Origin: a virus
Strand: one strand, 5' to 3'
Length of the DNA: 64,000 bases
Virus record (IMG/VR): IMGVR_UViG_3300005663_000033
Span: 32,001 to 96,000 of that record
Position 1 is the stretch's first letter; each line of letters starts with the position of its first letter. The position numbers and the translations under genes are program-made. The notes below the pieces were generated by a model that was given only the letters and a program-made list of their open reading frames with translations, made no database searches and had not been told where the DNA came from. This document shows positions 9,356 to 20,193 of this stretch, in pieces.

Positions 9356-9511
9356 ATGAACCAATTGGAAGCACTGAGTAGCAAACGCTGGATTACCGTA
9401 GAATTACACGGGTATGACAAGAAATCAGATGTATATGGGGTGATGGGGCTTCATGAACGGCTAAGGAGTTTTTCCGTCATACCTATCATAACCTGTGACG
9501 AAAAGACATAA
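9356..9511 (+). pseudogene. Internally deleted and frameshifted relic of the gene at 8008-8355
   Basis: MNQLE start joined to SSKRWITVELHGYDKKSDV (vs NSRYWITLEFHGCDQELDI). Downstream DNA gctaaggagtttttccgtcatacctat matches gctatggaattcttccgtcatgcctac but out of frame. Confidence 0.65.
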
Positions 9512-9666
9512 AAGGAGGATGAAACATGGTGGTAACAATGTTGTGCAATTACGGAAAACTGAAGATCAATCGTCGATACAAAGCCATAGACGAGGGACTA
9601 GATTGGGTAAAGATAGGGAATTTGTTTGTTTCCAAGGAATTCGTTATTGTGCCGATGAGTTGAATT

Positions 9667-9972
9667 TTGAAGTTGCTAGATAAAGAAGGTAGGCATGTTG
9701 TGAGAATAGAAAATTGGAGCGTCGTGTCTTTTTGTCACCATCCATACTCAGCGCCGGAGACTTGCCAGCTATCATTACATGGCTGCGTTTTTGGCCATCC
9801 CAGGTTTGAAGATGGGACACCTATAACAACGTCGCCAATAATAAGTGTGGACGGCGCAGGTCACATTTTAACCAGAAGCGGAAGCGATTACTTTCTGGGT
9901 AAAGTCGATCCACTCTACGAACGAGCATTCCCAGAAGCGCAAAATAGACTCCTAAATAGTCTCCGTCAATAG
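9667..9972 (+). CDS. Conserved phage hypothetical protein
   Basis: IENWSV...PYSAPE...GHPRFEDGTPITTS pattern common in large phages; start uncertain. Confidence 0.6.
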   Translation: MKLLDKEGRHVVRIENWSVVSFCHHPYSAPETCQLSLHGCVFGHPRFEDGTPITTSPIISVDGAGHILTRSGSDYFLGKVDPLYERAFPEAQNRLLNSLRQ

Positions 9973-10660
9973 CTGCGAGAATTTGCTAAAAGTACCCGTC
10001 TATATAAGACCTCGTGGCGCGAATCAATTGTCTCTTCAAAAGGAGTACAAAATGCTAACACCATCTATAGGAACCTTTGTAAAAATCATTGACGGTAGAA
10101 TCGGTGTGATCGTAGGCAACGAACACAGCGGTGGGGTATTCCGTGGGCACTGCAATGTGTGGTTTGGGATGTGGTCCGCAATTACAGGAGACAGACGAAC
10201 CTGTCAGAGTCTCTATTGTAGGGGTGACACGCCGCGCACAGAACATTTGCTGGTGACTGATGATTGGACAGTAGTCGAAACGCCCGTCGGTTGTATTATC
10301 CTGTAAACATCTCGCTAAAGAATCTTAGCTCTAAGGGGCAAGACGATGAAGGTGTGGTTGATAATAACTGCGGCAATATGGCTGGCGTATGGAATAGCCG
10401 TATTTGTCACAGCAAGAGGGCTTAAGGTGGGCTATGAGGTCTACAAGATACAGAACACATCTGATTGGTCTGGCCAAAAACCTACCGTAATCATAACTGA
10501 AAATGACCCAGGTTGGGAAGAAGCACATGCGCGATGGTTAGATATGAAAAACCCAACCGATAGTCCTGAGTGGAAAAAAGGTGTTATTGCTATCACAAAA
10601 AGAAAAGAAGGTCCGACAAGTGGTTAATGTTGCCCAAGACAACACCAGGAGGATTGAGTT

Positions 10661-11143
10661 ATGAACGTAAGAGACTTTGAGTGTAGGTCATATGAGCAGG
10701 CGGTGGAGTTGCTCGGGGACAAGGACCGACTGACGGTAGGTAACAATACCATGTTGTCACGCGATTCCGTCGACTTTAGCGTAAATGTCGTATTGCACGG
10801 GCAAGACATCGTTTGGTTCCATAGAGACGGACGGGTCGTACTTGATTCTTGTGGGTATCGGACGGAACCCACAAAGGAACGGATCAATAGGTGCCTGCCT
10901 ACTCCTTGGCAATTATGCCAATCTAAAGGGGTGTGGGCCTTGTGGAGATGGGACTTGGAACAGGAGGTGCCGTTTGTGGATGGTATGACAGTACCGGGGA
11001 CGGGGCCGAGCGTGAATCCCCACAATGAAGCACAGGATACGGGAACGAATCTCTGCTCTGAATGTCGCGTGGAGGAACACGACCAGTGTCCTATGACTCC
11101 AGGATGCTCTTGCTGTGCCAATACAGCATTAGAGGGGGAGTGA
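10661..11143 (+). CDS. Hypothetical protein, paralogous to the N-terminus of 30591-31331
   Basis: Shared NNT...LH..D.V....DG...L...G.RT..TK.R.N pattern. Confidence 0.7.
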   Translation: MNVRDFECRSYEQAVELLGDKDRLTVGNNTMLSRDSVDFSVNVVLHGQDIVWFHRDGRVVLDSCGYRTEPTKERINRCLPTPWQLCQSKGVWALWRWDLEQEVPFVDGMTVPGTGPSVNPHNEAQDTGTNLCSECRVEEHDQCPMTPGCSCCANTALEGE

Positions 11144-12920
11144 GGTGCTGTGATGGCAAGGGTTTTCTGGGACTGGGTGTCTTATCAATCCGGGTTAAGA
11201 GGAGATACTTGGGAGGAGTTTTGGAGGTTAATAGCCAGAGTCCGACGAATGATGCCGAAAGACCACATTGATGATGCATAAACGCAACGTCCAATGCTGC
11301 CATAGTGGCAGGGAAGAGAGGGTTGAATTATGGACATAGAGAAAGAAAACGTTTTAGTAACGATTGTGGCAGCGATCCTACTGGGTGGTGACCTCGCAGG
11401 AGGAACTACGAACGTGATGAGTCTAGATAACAAGAAGTGGGCTATCAAGGACGCCGAAGAACTTGTAACGCTAGTCAGAAACAGACAGAGCTAGGCTACC
11501 GTAGTAGCAGGGAAGTGAGGGTTTAGGTTGTGAAGATTGTAATGACTGACAAACAGGCGATCAAACTGGCAATCTTGAGTCGTCGAACGGACGAAGGGAT
11601 TGACCTAGAAACCTGGACTAACGACGGCCTTGGCCTCGGTGATGATTGGATCACCGGCGAATATTGCGGAATGACGATGGGAATCGGACCAGAGGGTGAT
11701 TCACACACTTAGGCCCGACAAGAGAAATGAAGGGGCAGCGTGGCAAGAAGTCCCTGGCGCATCAATGCCCGATACCTCGATGTGGGTGGCATGATGTTAT
11801 TGTCGGGGATTTCTTACTTCGCTGTTTGTGTCTCCTGGGGAGAGGTCACTAAGATGGTTTGGAGACTGCTGTCTCAGTGACCCTCCCCTTTTTGAGAGGA
11901 AAATCATGTCAAACCTTTTTATCGGATTTTGTATCGGGTGGACCACTGTATCAGCGGGTGTCCTCTTTATACGTTGGATTTTAAGGAGATTGAAATGACT
12001 TTTCATGCAGGACGTGAATGTCAGTTGATTCCCATGTCTGAAGGTGGACAAGTGCGTTTTGATATCATGTCCGATGGAGAACATGTGGGTGGCATTAGAT
12101 TCTGCTTTGATTTAAAAGAGTGGGAAATACACTTGAACCAACATGTCAAAGTCACCTACTACTTCGTGTGCAAAATATGGGACTGTCTTCTTCCAAGTAA
12201 GTAGCGGGAGATAGAACAACATGAAAATCAAAGTTGAGTTTGACACGGGCAATGCTGCGTTCTGTGATTTTGATTATGAAGTACGTCGAGTATTTGAGCA
12301 GGCGGCGAAGAAGGTGCCCTCGATGCATATAAATGACACGTCACTTCCGTTGTTCGACAGCAATGGAAACAAGATAGGGCTAGTGTGGCTGGAGTAATAA
12401 CAATGCGCGAAGCAATGGGTGAATCTAGTCGTGAGTTGTTGGATAGGCTCCATAAGCGACTAGAGGCGGAAGAAAAAGAGCGGCACAAGAAGTTCAAAGA
12501 AGTAATGACAGGGCAACAGGACGAAGACCAGGATTTTGATTCTGATTACTGTTTAGATTGTTGTTCTTGTCCCTGTCATTTCGGAGGATATGACGGAGAA
12601 GGAACTTGCAAGCAACCATGTAATGAATGCGATTGTGAGGAGTAAGGCTGCACGCCGTCCCCCTGTCTGTATCTAGTTTACCCACTGTGTATCTAAGGAG
12701 ATAAAAGATGACAGGTTGGTGGTACAAGCGATTTCAGATTTCACTGAACTCGCCGGATGGAAACTCTGGTAGAACCCTAGTCTTCGTCTTGCGACCAAGA
12801 AAGAACCCGTACGGAGGGATTAAGCTGTGGTCGTGGCACAAAGGTGACTATCGGAAGTTAGAGCGATTTTTCAACAATCGTGGAGTCTATGCATCCTGGT
12901 AAAATGAGAAGGAGTTTAGA

Positions 12921-13211
12921 ATGGTAGAACGTAAACCAAAACCTGGGGATACAATAAAAATAATCCTCCCTGGAAACCACAATGGAGAAGTTCACACTGT
13001 AGTTGAGCACCCAAGAGGCGAAAACAATTCGAATTCAAATATGGTGTGGATTAAACGTCTACTCAATCCACCAACTTGGCTATACCCAGGAGATTGTGAA
13101 ATAGTAGAACTAGCAACTCGTCATAAATCTACAGTGAATAATAGTGTGGATGTGGATTAGTTTCTTAGGAAACAAACGGACGACAATCTTGCTCACGCCT
13201 TTGGCGGATAG
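12921..13211 (+). pseudogene. Hypothetical protein interrupted by an in-frame TAG at 13158-13160
   Basis: Sequence past the TAG (FLRKQTDDNLAHAFGG) aligns with the C-terminus of paralog 13753-14031. Confidence 0.6.
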
Positions 13212-13219
13212 GAGGTAAA

Positions 13220-13435
13220 ATGGAATCATACATCCGAGTAGAGCACGATAAAAGATTTTTTGGTGGCGTTTACAAGGGCGTTGGATATTTCTCTTTTGTC
13301 AAATTGATACATGTGAACAGTCTGGGTAGTGTTGAAGCGGCATTCAAAGCTACAACGGGTATCGAGCCCATCCATATAGTCCGCTACTCGGAAGACGATC
13401 TGTATAACGACAAAGGGGAGTTGATAAAAAGTTGA
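13220..13435 (+). CDS. Hypothetical protein
   Basis: GGAGG RBS. Confidence 0.65.
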   Translation: MESYIRVEHDKRFFGGVYKGVGYFSFVKLIHVNSLGSVEAAFKATTGIEPIHIVRYSEDDLYNDKGELIKS

Positions 13436-13553
13436 CTATGCTGTGTTGATGATGAGTGTCGCAAACGTATGTGACGGGGTGGCAATAGCCACAATAGCCG
13501 ATTAGGGTGGGCTTTCGGCTGGGAAATGGGGATGTTATATTTGGAGGTAAATC

Positions 13554-13751
13554 ATGTCAATATGGAGTGGGATAGTTTGTGAAACGGTAACGCGTACTTG
13601 TCGGTACTGGGTAGAAGCTGACAGCAAAAACGAGGCGGCATCCAAGTTAGAAAACGGCGAGACAACAGAAGAAGAAACATTGTCGTCTGGGGAAGTAATC
13701 GATCGTACTGTCGAAGGCGATCCGTTTCTTTCTTGCGACCGTGAGATGTAG
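13554..13751 (+). CDS. Small acidic hypothetical protein
   Basis: GGAGG RBS; VEADSKNEA motif. Confidence 0.65.
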   Translation: MSIWSGIVCETVTRTCRYWVEADSKNEAASKLENGETTEEETLSSGEVIDRTVEGDPFLSCDREM

Positions 13752-13752
13752 A

Positions 13753-14031
13753 ATGAACAACAAAAAAGCAAAACCTGGTGACATGGTTATCCTAATATCT
13801 CCCAAGGGATTTGAAGGCCAAGAGTTTCTTGTCGTGACTTGCCCAGAAAAATACAAAAAAAACAGATTTACCGCCAACAAAGTCTGGATTGACATGGGTA
13901 GTCGCGTATGTCACCTAGGGGATACCGAATGGGAAATTGTAAAGCGAGGCACGGGGACTGTTTTGGAAGATGATGTAGATAAGCAATTAAAGAATCAGAT
14001 GAATAAAAACCTCAACGACGTCTTTGGTTAG
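13753..14031 (+). CDS. Hypothetical protein, paralog of 12921
   Basis: Shared K.KPGD.....P N-terminus and DVD..L..Q...NL...FG C-terminus. Confidence 0.65.
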   Translation: MNNKKAKPGDMVILISPKGFEGQEFLVVTCPEKYKKNRFTANKVWIDMGSRVCHLGDTEWEIVKRGTGTVLEDDVDKQLKNQMNKNLNDVFG

Positions 14032-14040
14032 GGGAGTAAA

Positions 14041-14457
14041 ATGGTACAAGTCCATGTTTCAAACAGGAATGAAATCGTTGATTTGATCGCAGACTTGGAT
14101 GGGACAATTGCTATCATATCTGTCACTGATCCAGATGAACCAACTGCCTTCCTGGGGTCTTATGAAAACCGTAATGATTTTGTCCTTCGACTTCAGTTTC
14201 ACGACCTGGATAAAATTTGGCCACAACTAAAAGAGGTAACATATTTCGACAACATCATGGCCGCTTCAATCATTCAGTTCGTCCACAAAAACAAACATGT
14301 CAATCACATAATTGTCCATTGCGAAGCTGGTGTATCAAGAAGTCCGGCTATTGCTGCGGTGATATGTGAGCATTTCGACATTCAACACACATTTTTTAAA
14401 AGATACCAGCCCAACAAAATGGTATTCTCAGTACTAAAAACGATGTTCGAACTTTAA
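14041..14457 (+). CDS. Predicted protein-tyrosine/dual-specificity phosphatase
   Basis: CX5R P-loop IVHCEAGVSRS; LRLQFHD acid loop; PN near the C-terminus. Confidence 0.85.
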   Translation: MVQVHVSNRNEIVDLIADLDGTIAIISVTDPDEPTAFLGSYENRNDFVLRLQFHDLDKIWPQLKEVTYFDNIMAASIIQFVHKNKHVNHIIVHCEAGVSRSPAIAAVICEHFDIQHTFFKRYQPNKMVFSVLKTMFEL

Positions 14458-15029
14458 TCACAGGGGAATAAACGTGCAAACAAAACCTTGCAAGTGTTGC
14501 GAAGACAAAAAATCTGGCGCGAGTGGTGGTGCAGTTGGGTATGGATTCAATCGTCTAGAGGGAGAAGCAAGGAAGTGGGCTACAGAAAACCAATTCGCCA
14601 GGTCTGAGCATTGTATTCCGGTAAAAGGTGGTACCCGTTTCTGCGGGCCTGATTGGCAAAAAATCAAATGCGGCGATGGTCGCATGGGGTTCTCAACACG
14701 GCGCAAAGGACAAAACGAAGTCCATATAGTGGTGGGGCTAGACGGAGAATTTAAGAAGAGGAGTGGGACGCTGGTCAGGCCGAGGTCTGCGAGGGCGTCT
14801 GCTAGTCGTTGGGCTCGTAGGGTTGACGGGAGTAAATGTGGTTTAGTATCATCTGAGGTGATTGTGGTGGCTCAACGTGATCCTATAGTGGTGGCTCAGG
14901 CAGAAAAAGCGTATAAGCAAATGGTACGGAAAGAAAAGTTCCGTGGAATCAACCACAATAAGGCACGAAGGGCTGCAAAACGAAATCGCAGGGCACAACT
15001 AAGAATGGTAGCATGAAGGGGCGTGTGCT

Positions 15030-15284
15030 ATGATGACCAAGGAAAAGTTTGACGAAACGATGGGGACAATTGCCAATTCTATCAAAGAACTACCAGAAGA
15101 AGTTCAGCCTGGATTGATGGAGATTTTACGAGAGACGGCTGGTCGTCACGAACAAATCCTTGAAAGTTGTAGGAGATCACGGGAGGGGGTGAAGGCTCTT
15201 GTTGAGGCTCAGGCTGAGTTGAGTTTGAGGATGAAGTATATTTTGTTTGATCTAGAATGTCTCCATAGAGAACTTGAAAGGTAA
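15030..15284 (+). CDS. Coiled-coil protein of the KYxLFDLE family (paralog 1)
   Basis: LSLRMKYILFDLECLHRE. Confidence 0.7.
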   Translation: MMTKEKFDETMGTIANSIKELPEEVQPGLMEILRETAGRHEQILESCRRSREGVKALVEAQAELSLRMKYILFDLECLHRELER

Positions 15285-15899
15285 AAACAATGACGGAATC
15301 TAACAATAAAAAGCGAGGACACGGGCCGATCGTCCACAAGGTTTTTAACGACAGAGGTCTTCATCTTGAACGAGTCCATCTGGATTCTTTGGGTAGCAAT
15401 CTCAACCATGGTAGACCTGTCGTAATCGGCCAAGGTGAAAACGGAGAAGATATTTCCGTAAAGATTGGTCAAAAATGCCCAAGATGTAAAATGCGTGTGC
15501 GCGGTTTTAATCATGCAAATGGCGCACACCATAAGGGAACAGTCGTAAGGCATTCCCATTAGAATTTCACATCGCGTAATTTTTGATGTTGCAACTGCGT
15601 GGTTTCTTTTGGTAAACAGAGAAGGGAAAGTGTAATGGATATGAAACTAAATCGAGAGTTTCTGTATGTTCACAGCAACAACGAGGAAAACAAGATCAGC
15701 GATTCTATGCGGTCAACCCTCTCGAAAGCCTGTGGCTGTGCGGTTACTGAGTACGCAGGAACTGTCACGATTGCTTGCCAAAGTCTCTGCGGATTGGGAC
15801 AACTACTGGCGGTAATAGCCATCGTCGATAACGAGGGACCTGACCTTCGGTTCTGTGGGTCGTTGCAGAAGGCGATTGTAAAGTTCATCGGCTAATAGG

Positions 15900-16270
15900 T
15901 TGTGTTGTGTTCCTAATGGGCGCGGTCGCAGTGGTAGGCTATGACAGGCTTCGAGCGACGGGAAGGGTTGGTACTAGTCAACTCTACGCCCAGATCGCCT
16001 TAGAACGAGACCGGAAACCTACACACAACACTTTTTGTAACCAAGAAGCTTGGTTACTGTCATGTTGGCTAAGAGTTAATGGGTGGTAGCCGTATCCAGG
16101 CCCTTCGGGGCTACTGAACTCGTGCGCACCCCATTTGGAAGTGTACTTAGTCAGCATGGCCAAATATCCCTTGGGTGGTGGTATGATCATAGAAATGAGA
16201 CAGAATGGCTAAAACGTCCATACCCCGATTTTAGTCAAGATTTCATTTCGTCCAAGGGATATCTGGCTGT
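15900..16270 (+). ncRNA. Candidate structured RNA or long structured leader
   Basis: Three long stems: 15902-15910/16023-16031; 16059-16073/16146-16160 (15 bp with G-U pairs); 16164-16174/16252-16262 with nested inner stems. Confidence 0.55.
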
Positions 16271-16289
16271 GCTGATAAAGGGAGAAAAA

Positions 16290-16626
16290 AAATGAGCCTA
16301 GCTTCGTGGAAGAAAGAGTTTTATCGAACACCAGCCAATAGGGTGTCCAAGGGATGGGCGATGAGGCATTCTATCGACAAGTGGACGGGGTTGTTGTGTC
16401 GAAACAGAAGAAAACACAAGGTCAATCTAGACGAAGGAGTTTTGTATGATAACAATAACGACAGTCAACAATTAGGTATTGATCGTCATTCGTGTGCTCT
16501 GTGCCATCATCACCAAAAGAATGGTTGCACAACATGCCCCGTAAAAAGAACTGGTAAGACATGTCATACCACATATTGGGATATGGTCAACGACAAAAAA
16601 GTGGCTCCGATGATCCGTTTGTTGAA
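16290..16626 (+). repeat. 337 bp exact direct repeat, copy 1 (copy 2 at 29614-29950)
   Basis: Line-by-line comparison found no mismatch. Confidence 0.9.
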
Positions 16627-16654
16627 GAAAGCGCAGGCGATCAAGAGAGGATAA
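16292..16654 (+). CDS. Cys/His-rich hypothetical protein, copy 1
   Basis: GGAG RBS; CALC...CTTCP...C motif; DNA identical to copy 2 over most of its length. Confidence 0.75.
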   Translation: MSLASWKKEFYRTPANRVSKGWAMRHSIDKWTGLLCRNRRKHKVNLDEGVLYDNNNDSQQLGIDRHSCALCHHHQKNGCTTCPVKRTGKTCHTTYWDMVNDKKVAPMIRLLKKAQAIKRG

Positions 16655-16657
16655 GTA

Positions 16658-17317
16658 ATGAGCACAAGAACGTTAGTCAGCATTGATTTGGACTGGCTCA
16701 ATAGTGCAAAACACCCGATACGCCAATTGAGAGAGTTGTTGCATCATATTCCGCGAGATACCCCGGCAATTATAACTATCGAACACCACGAGTTTCTCCC
16801 ACAATTGCACAAATGGGTAAAGTCGGGAAAAGTCAAAACACCATTCAATATCCTAAATATCGACGAACACCACGACTACTACCGGAACTGCCCTCCATTC
16901 CATCCAGAAGGAACAGATAATAATTGTGGCAACTGGGGGTATCGTATACCAACCAAGTGGTATGACAGATATACTTGGGTTAACACTGTTGATTCTGATC
17001 TTTGGCACGATTGGACTTACGCACAAGAGTGGTTGGATAACCATGGCATAAAACATTCTGTTAGGGGTAATCATCGTTTGTCTAGACTGAGTACAGAATT
17101 CGTTGCTGCTATCTTTTGTGTCTCGCCCGATTTTCTCGGTGAAGATATGCTAGACCTTGCACCCAAAGCGGTTGGTATCATTGCGTGCCATTTCAAAATA
17201 GCCAGAGCGCCAGAAATAATCAGTGATGATGTCGGTAACTATGATGGACTTCTTCGAAGAAGTGTTTCTGGGTGGAGAATGGCCGCTCGGCCCAAGAGTG
17301 CAAAACTCGCCTGCTAA
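16658..17317 (+). CDS. UPF0489/arginase-fold-like metal-dependent hydrolase
   Basis: SIDLDW, HHE, NIDEHHD, NCGNW and SPDF motifs. Confidence 0.6.
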   Translation: MSTRTLVSIDLDWLNSAKHPIRQLRELLHHIPRDTPAIITIEHHEFLPQLHKWVKSGKVKTPFNILNIDEHHDYYRNCPPFHPEGTDNNCGNWGYRIPTKWYDRYTWVNTVDSDLWHDWTYAQEWLDNHGIKHSVRGNHRLSRLSTEFVAAIFCVSPDFLGEDMLDLAPKAVGIIACHFKIARAPEIISDDVGNYDGLLRRSVSGWRMAARPKSAKLAC

Positions 17318-17973
17318 GGAGGATAAATTATGGGATTTTACATGATCTGTGTCGATGGTGGTGAGTGTATTATTGTGCGAGCTGATACTGCCGAGGAGGC
17401 AGGGCGCAAAGCGCGAATCAGATTCCCAAATGCAAAGTCTTTTAGACTGAAGGGGGATCGTGTTAACAATCTCGGTCCATTAGTTCCATCTACCATTGAG
17501 TAAAAGTTCTTTATTGCGGGGATAAAATGGAGCGTCAAAAAAAATTCTGTCCGGAATTGCACCGGAAGTTGAACTCATTGGTTAATCGTTGTGGTGGCGA
17601 CGAGAATTTTGTAGCTCTAATGGATGAGTGGCCTAGAACAATCAAAGAATTGATCTATGGCTCTGAAGAACTAATGATCCGGTTCAGACTTTTAGAACTT
17701 ATCCCAGACCAACCCTATGATTATGAATCATCTGTGGGGATGGACTAGTAAAACAAGGGACGACAAATGTCTGTGGGACCGGACACAATCTTAGAGGCAA
17801 CTCTCAAAGATATAAGAGAAGTAGCCGCATCCTTTTAATTGCATCTCTTTTTGTGTCATCGAATGGACACTAACCTGGAGCTTTAGGGTTAACGACCTAG
17901 GAACAGTTTAGCTCCTCATATCTCGTGGGTGAAGCGAGATTTTTCTTTTCAGAAAAATCAGTTAGCCACAAAA

Positions 17974-18046
17974 GCCCCTGTCGTCTAGTGGACTAGGATA
18001 GCTGTTTTTCAGGCAGCGGACCGGAGTTCGAATCTCCGCAGGGGTA
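17974..18046 (+). tRNA. tRNA-Glu (TTC)
   Basis: Acceptor GCCCCTG/CAGGGGT, anticodon stem GCTGT/GCAGC with loop TTTTCAG, T-arm CGGAG-TTCGAAT-CTCCG; no encoded CCA. Confidence 0.9.
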
Positions 18047-18098
18047 TTAAGAGGTCGAGACGACCTCATGGGATGGTACCAGGAAAGTGGGGTAATCA

Positions 18099-18425
18099 AT
18101 GATTCCTTCATCAGAGATAGAGAATGTAAGAACAATTGGGTCAACACTCTTCTTCGAGTATCATTGCGAAGAATCACATTTATCATCTGATGCTGATCTT
18201 TGGTACCGATCTCATCAAGAAGTCGAAGTAATAGAATTTTCCCCTAATGACGGATTTGACGTACCAACTCTGGAAGAGAGATGTGAGATTGGATGTCCGA
18301 TTATGTATCAAGTAAAATTCAACGACGGATTTGTTGGAGGCGTATTTGAGGACGAACTGTTGGATAGCGAAGACGAATACTTCCGCCCCGACCCACTGAA
18401 ACCACCAAAAGAGGGTGTCAAATAA
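18099..18425 (+). CDS. Conserved phage hypothetical protein
   Basis: Acidic 108 aa ORF with FEYHC...DA.LWYRSHQ. Confidence 0.65.
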   Translation: MIPSSEIENVRTIGSTLFFEYHCEESHLSSDADLWYRSHQEVEVIEFSPNDGFDVPTLEERCEIGCPIMYQVKFNDGFVGGVFEDELLDSEDEYFRPDPLKPPKEGVK

Positions 18426-19009
18426 AAAAGGAACTTACACAATGACAACTAGGCTGACGGCGGAAGAGCGGATACATAACACAACCAGCTTCCGTGTTGA
18501 TGGCACGCACGTTGGTCGCTGCGTGATAGCGTGCGATGATGCATTAGTCGCCATCCGCGACGCCGAGCGGAATGTGTATGAGGAGTGCAAGCCCTGTTTA
18601 AGGCATGACGCCGAGTGTCTTGTTTACTTGCCGGAAGACGATATGGCTCGTCATTGCGACTGCGGCCTCGACGACATTCGCCGCCGCTGGGAGGCCGAGC
18701 AGGAGAAACCTGCGGAAGAGGAGACGCGATGAGTGAGGTAGAATGTCTTCGGTGCAAAAAGATGACCAACCCGGACCGTGATTGTGTTGCATATGGTCAC
18801 ACATGCAAAGGATGTGGCTTAGTGACGAAACAATGCCCAAAATGCAAGAATTGGGTACTTAGCAATGAATTCTACTGGCCACCATACGGCAGTCCCTATT
18901 GCGGCAAATACTGCCAGTCCTGCCGTGCTCCCATGGAGAAAGAGCGAAGCCGAGTAGGGACTAAAGCTAAGGATTGAATGCAACAGAACCATTCACTCAG
19001 GAATGAATA

Positions 19010-19082
19010 GGGTTGGTAGCTCAGTTGGTAGAGCAACGGCCTTTTAAGCCGTAGGCCGTGGGTTCGAGTCCCACCCGACCCA
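19010..19082 (+). tRNA. tRNA-Lys (TTT)
   Basis: Acceptor GGGTTGG/CCGACCC, anticodon stem ACGGC/GCCGT with loop CTTTTAA, canonical D and T arms; no encoded CCA. Confidence 0.93.
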
Positions 19083-20193
19083 ATAAATTCGTAATGATTC
19101 CCATTGATGCCTGCGCGAATAATGAAGGAGACTAGTGGTGGATTCATTACCCAAAAGAATAAGGGACCTAGTATTAGAATATGGTATGCATCCATATGAC
19201 ATAAATTGTGGATGGTGTGAAGATTTTGCAAATACCGTCGCGGATGAATTCGAAGGAGCCCGTGCGGAATGGGGGAATAAAGCTGAATCCCTATTCGAAC
19301 AAGGGCATAAACCCTATCTTCACTGCTATATTGTCTACGAAGGTGCGTATTACGACTCCGAAGAGCCCGAAGGCGTGGATAGCCCCGTGAAATTGCCATT
19401 ATACTATCGTCAAAAATGGCGGGCTACCAACTGCAATGTGATCTAGTAACCCAAACCAATTTTACCTGTATGGAGAAAAAACATGGAAAAGCATACGAAT
19501 GAACCAGAAGTAACAGTGGGCGAAACTGTTTTTGTCTTGACAAAAGATGAAGTTACTGAGGCCGTATTTGTCTTCGCAGTCGGCAGAGAACCAACGGGTG
19601 GTGAGATGAAGCGACTTAATTTCTACGTATGCGAACGTCGTGGACAAAGTGAACAACCTTGGAGACTCGAACTCTGTTTCAAAGATCACCCTCCTACTAT
19701 CGTTCCCAATAAGGGGGTGCAACCGTGAGAATAACAGAGGAAGAAGCTAGACATGCTGGCGAGTTAACACGTAAAATCGACCGCTGGACAGACGAAGACC
19801 TTGCTCTTATCATCAAAACGGATAAGCTGGTAATAGCTTATTTAGAAGGCAAAGGACAAGGGTGGCAATTGGCGTTATCGCCCTTGTGGAAAGAATTGAA
19901 CGTTTTTAAAAGTTTTGTCGTCGCCAGAAAACGAGATCGCGAGGAAAATGCGAGAAAATCATGATAGTCTATCAAATAATAGCTAAAGGCCATTCGGCAA
20001 ACTTCGGAGGTAGACTCCAGGCAATCGTATCGAAAGAACTCTACACATCTCCTCCCGGAGACGAAGAAAAGGAAAGATTCCTAAAGAAGTGCATCAAATG
20101 CGAGGGAGCAGCAGACCTAAAGAGTCTTGATCCGGATAACGTAATAACAATTATCGTAGTGCCTTACGAACTAATAGATAACGGAGGATTACT

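Noticed and set aside
13158-13160. Genome-wide TAG reassignment (alternative genetic code)
   Set aside because: Long conserved genes have no in-frame TAG, several (IMPDH, RNR, JAB, ThyX) end in TAG right before the next gene, and no suppressor tRNA is seen.
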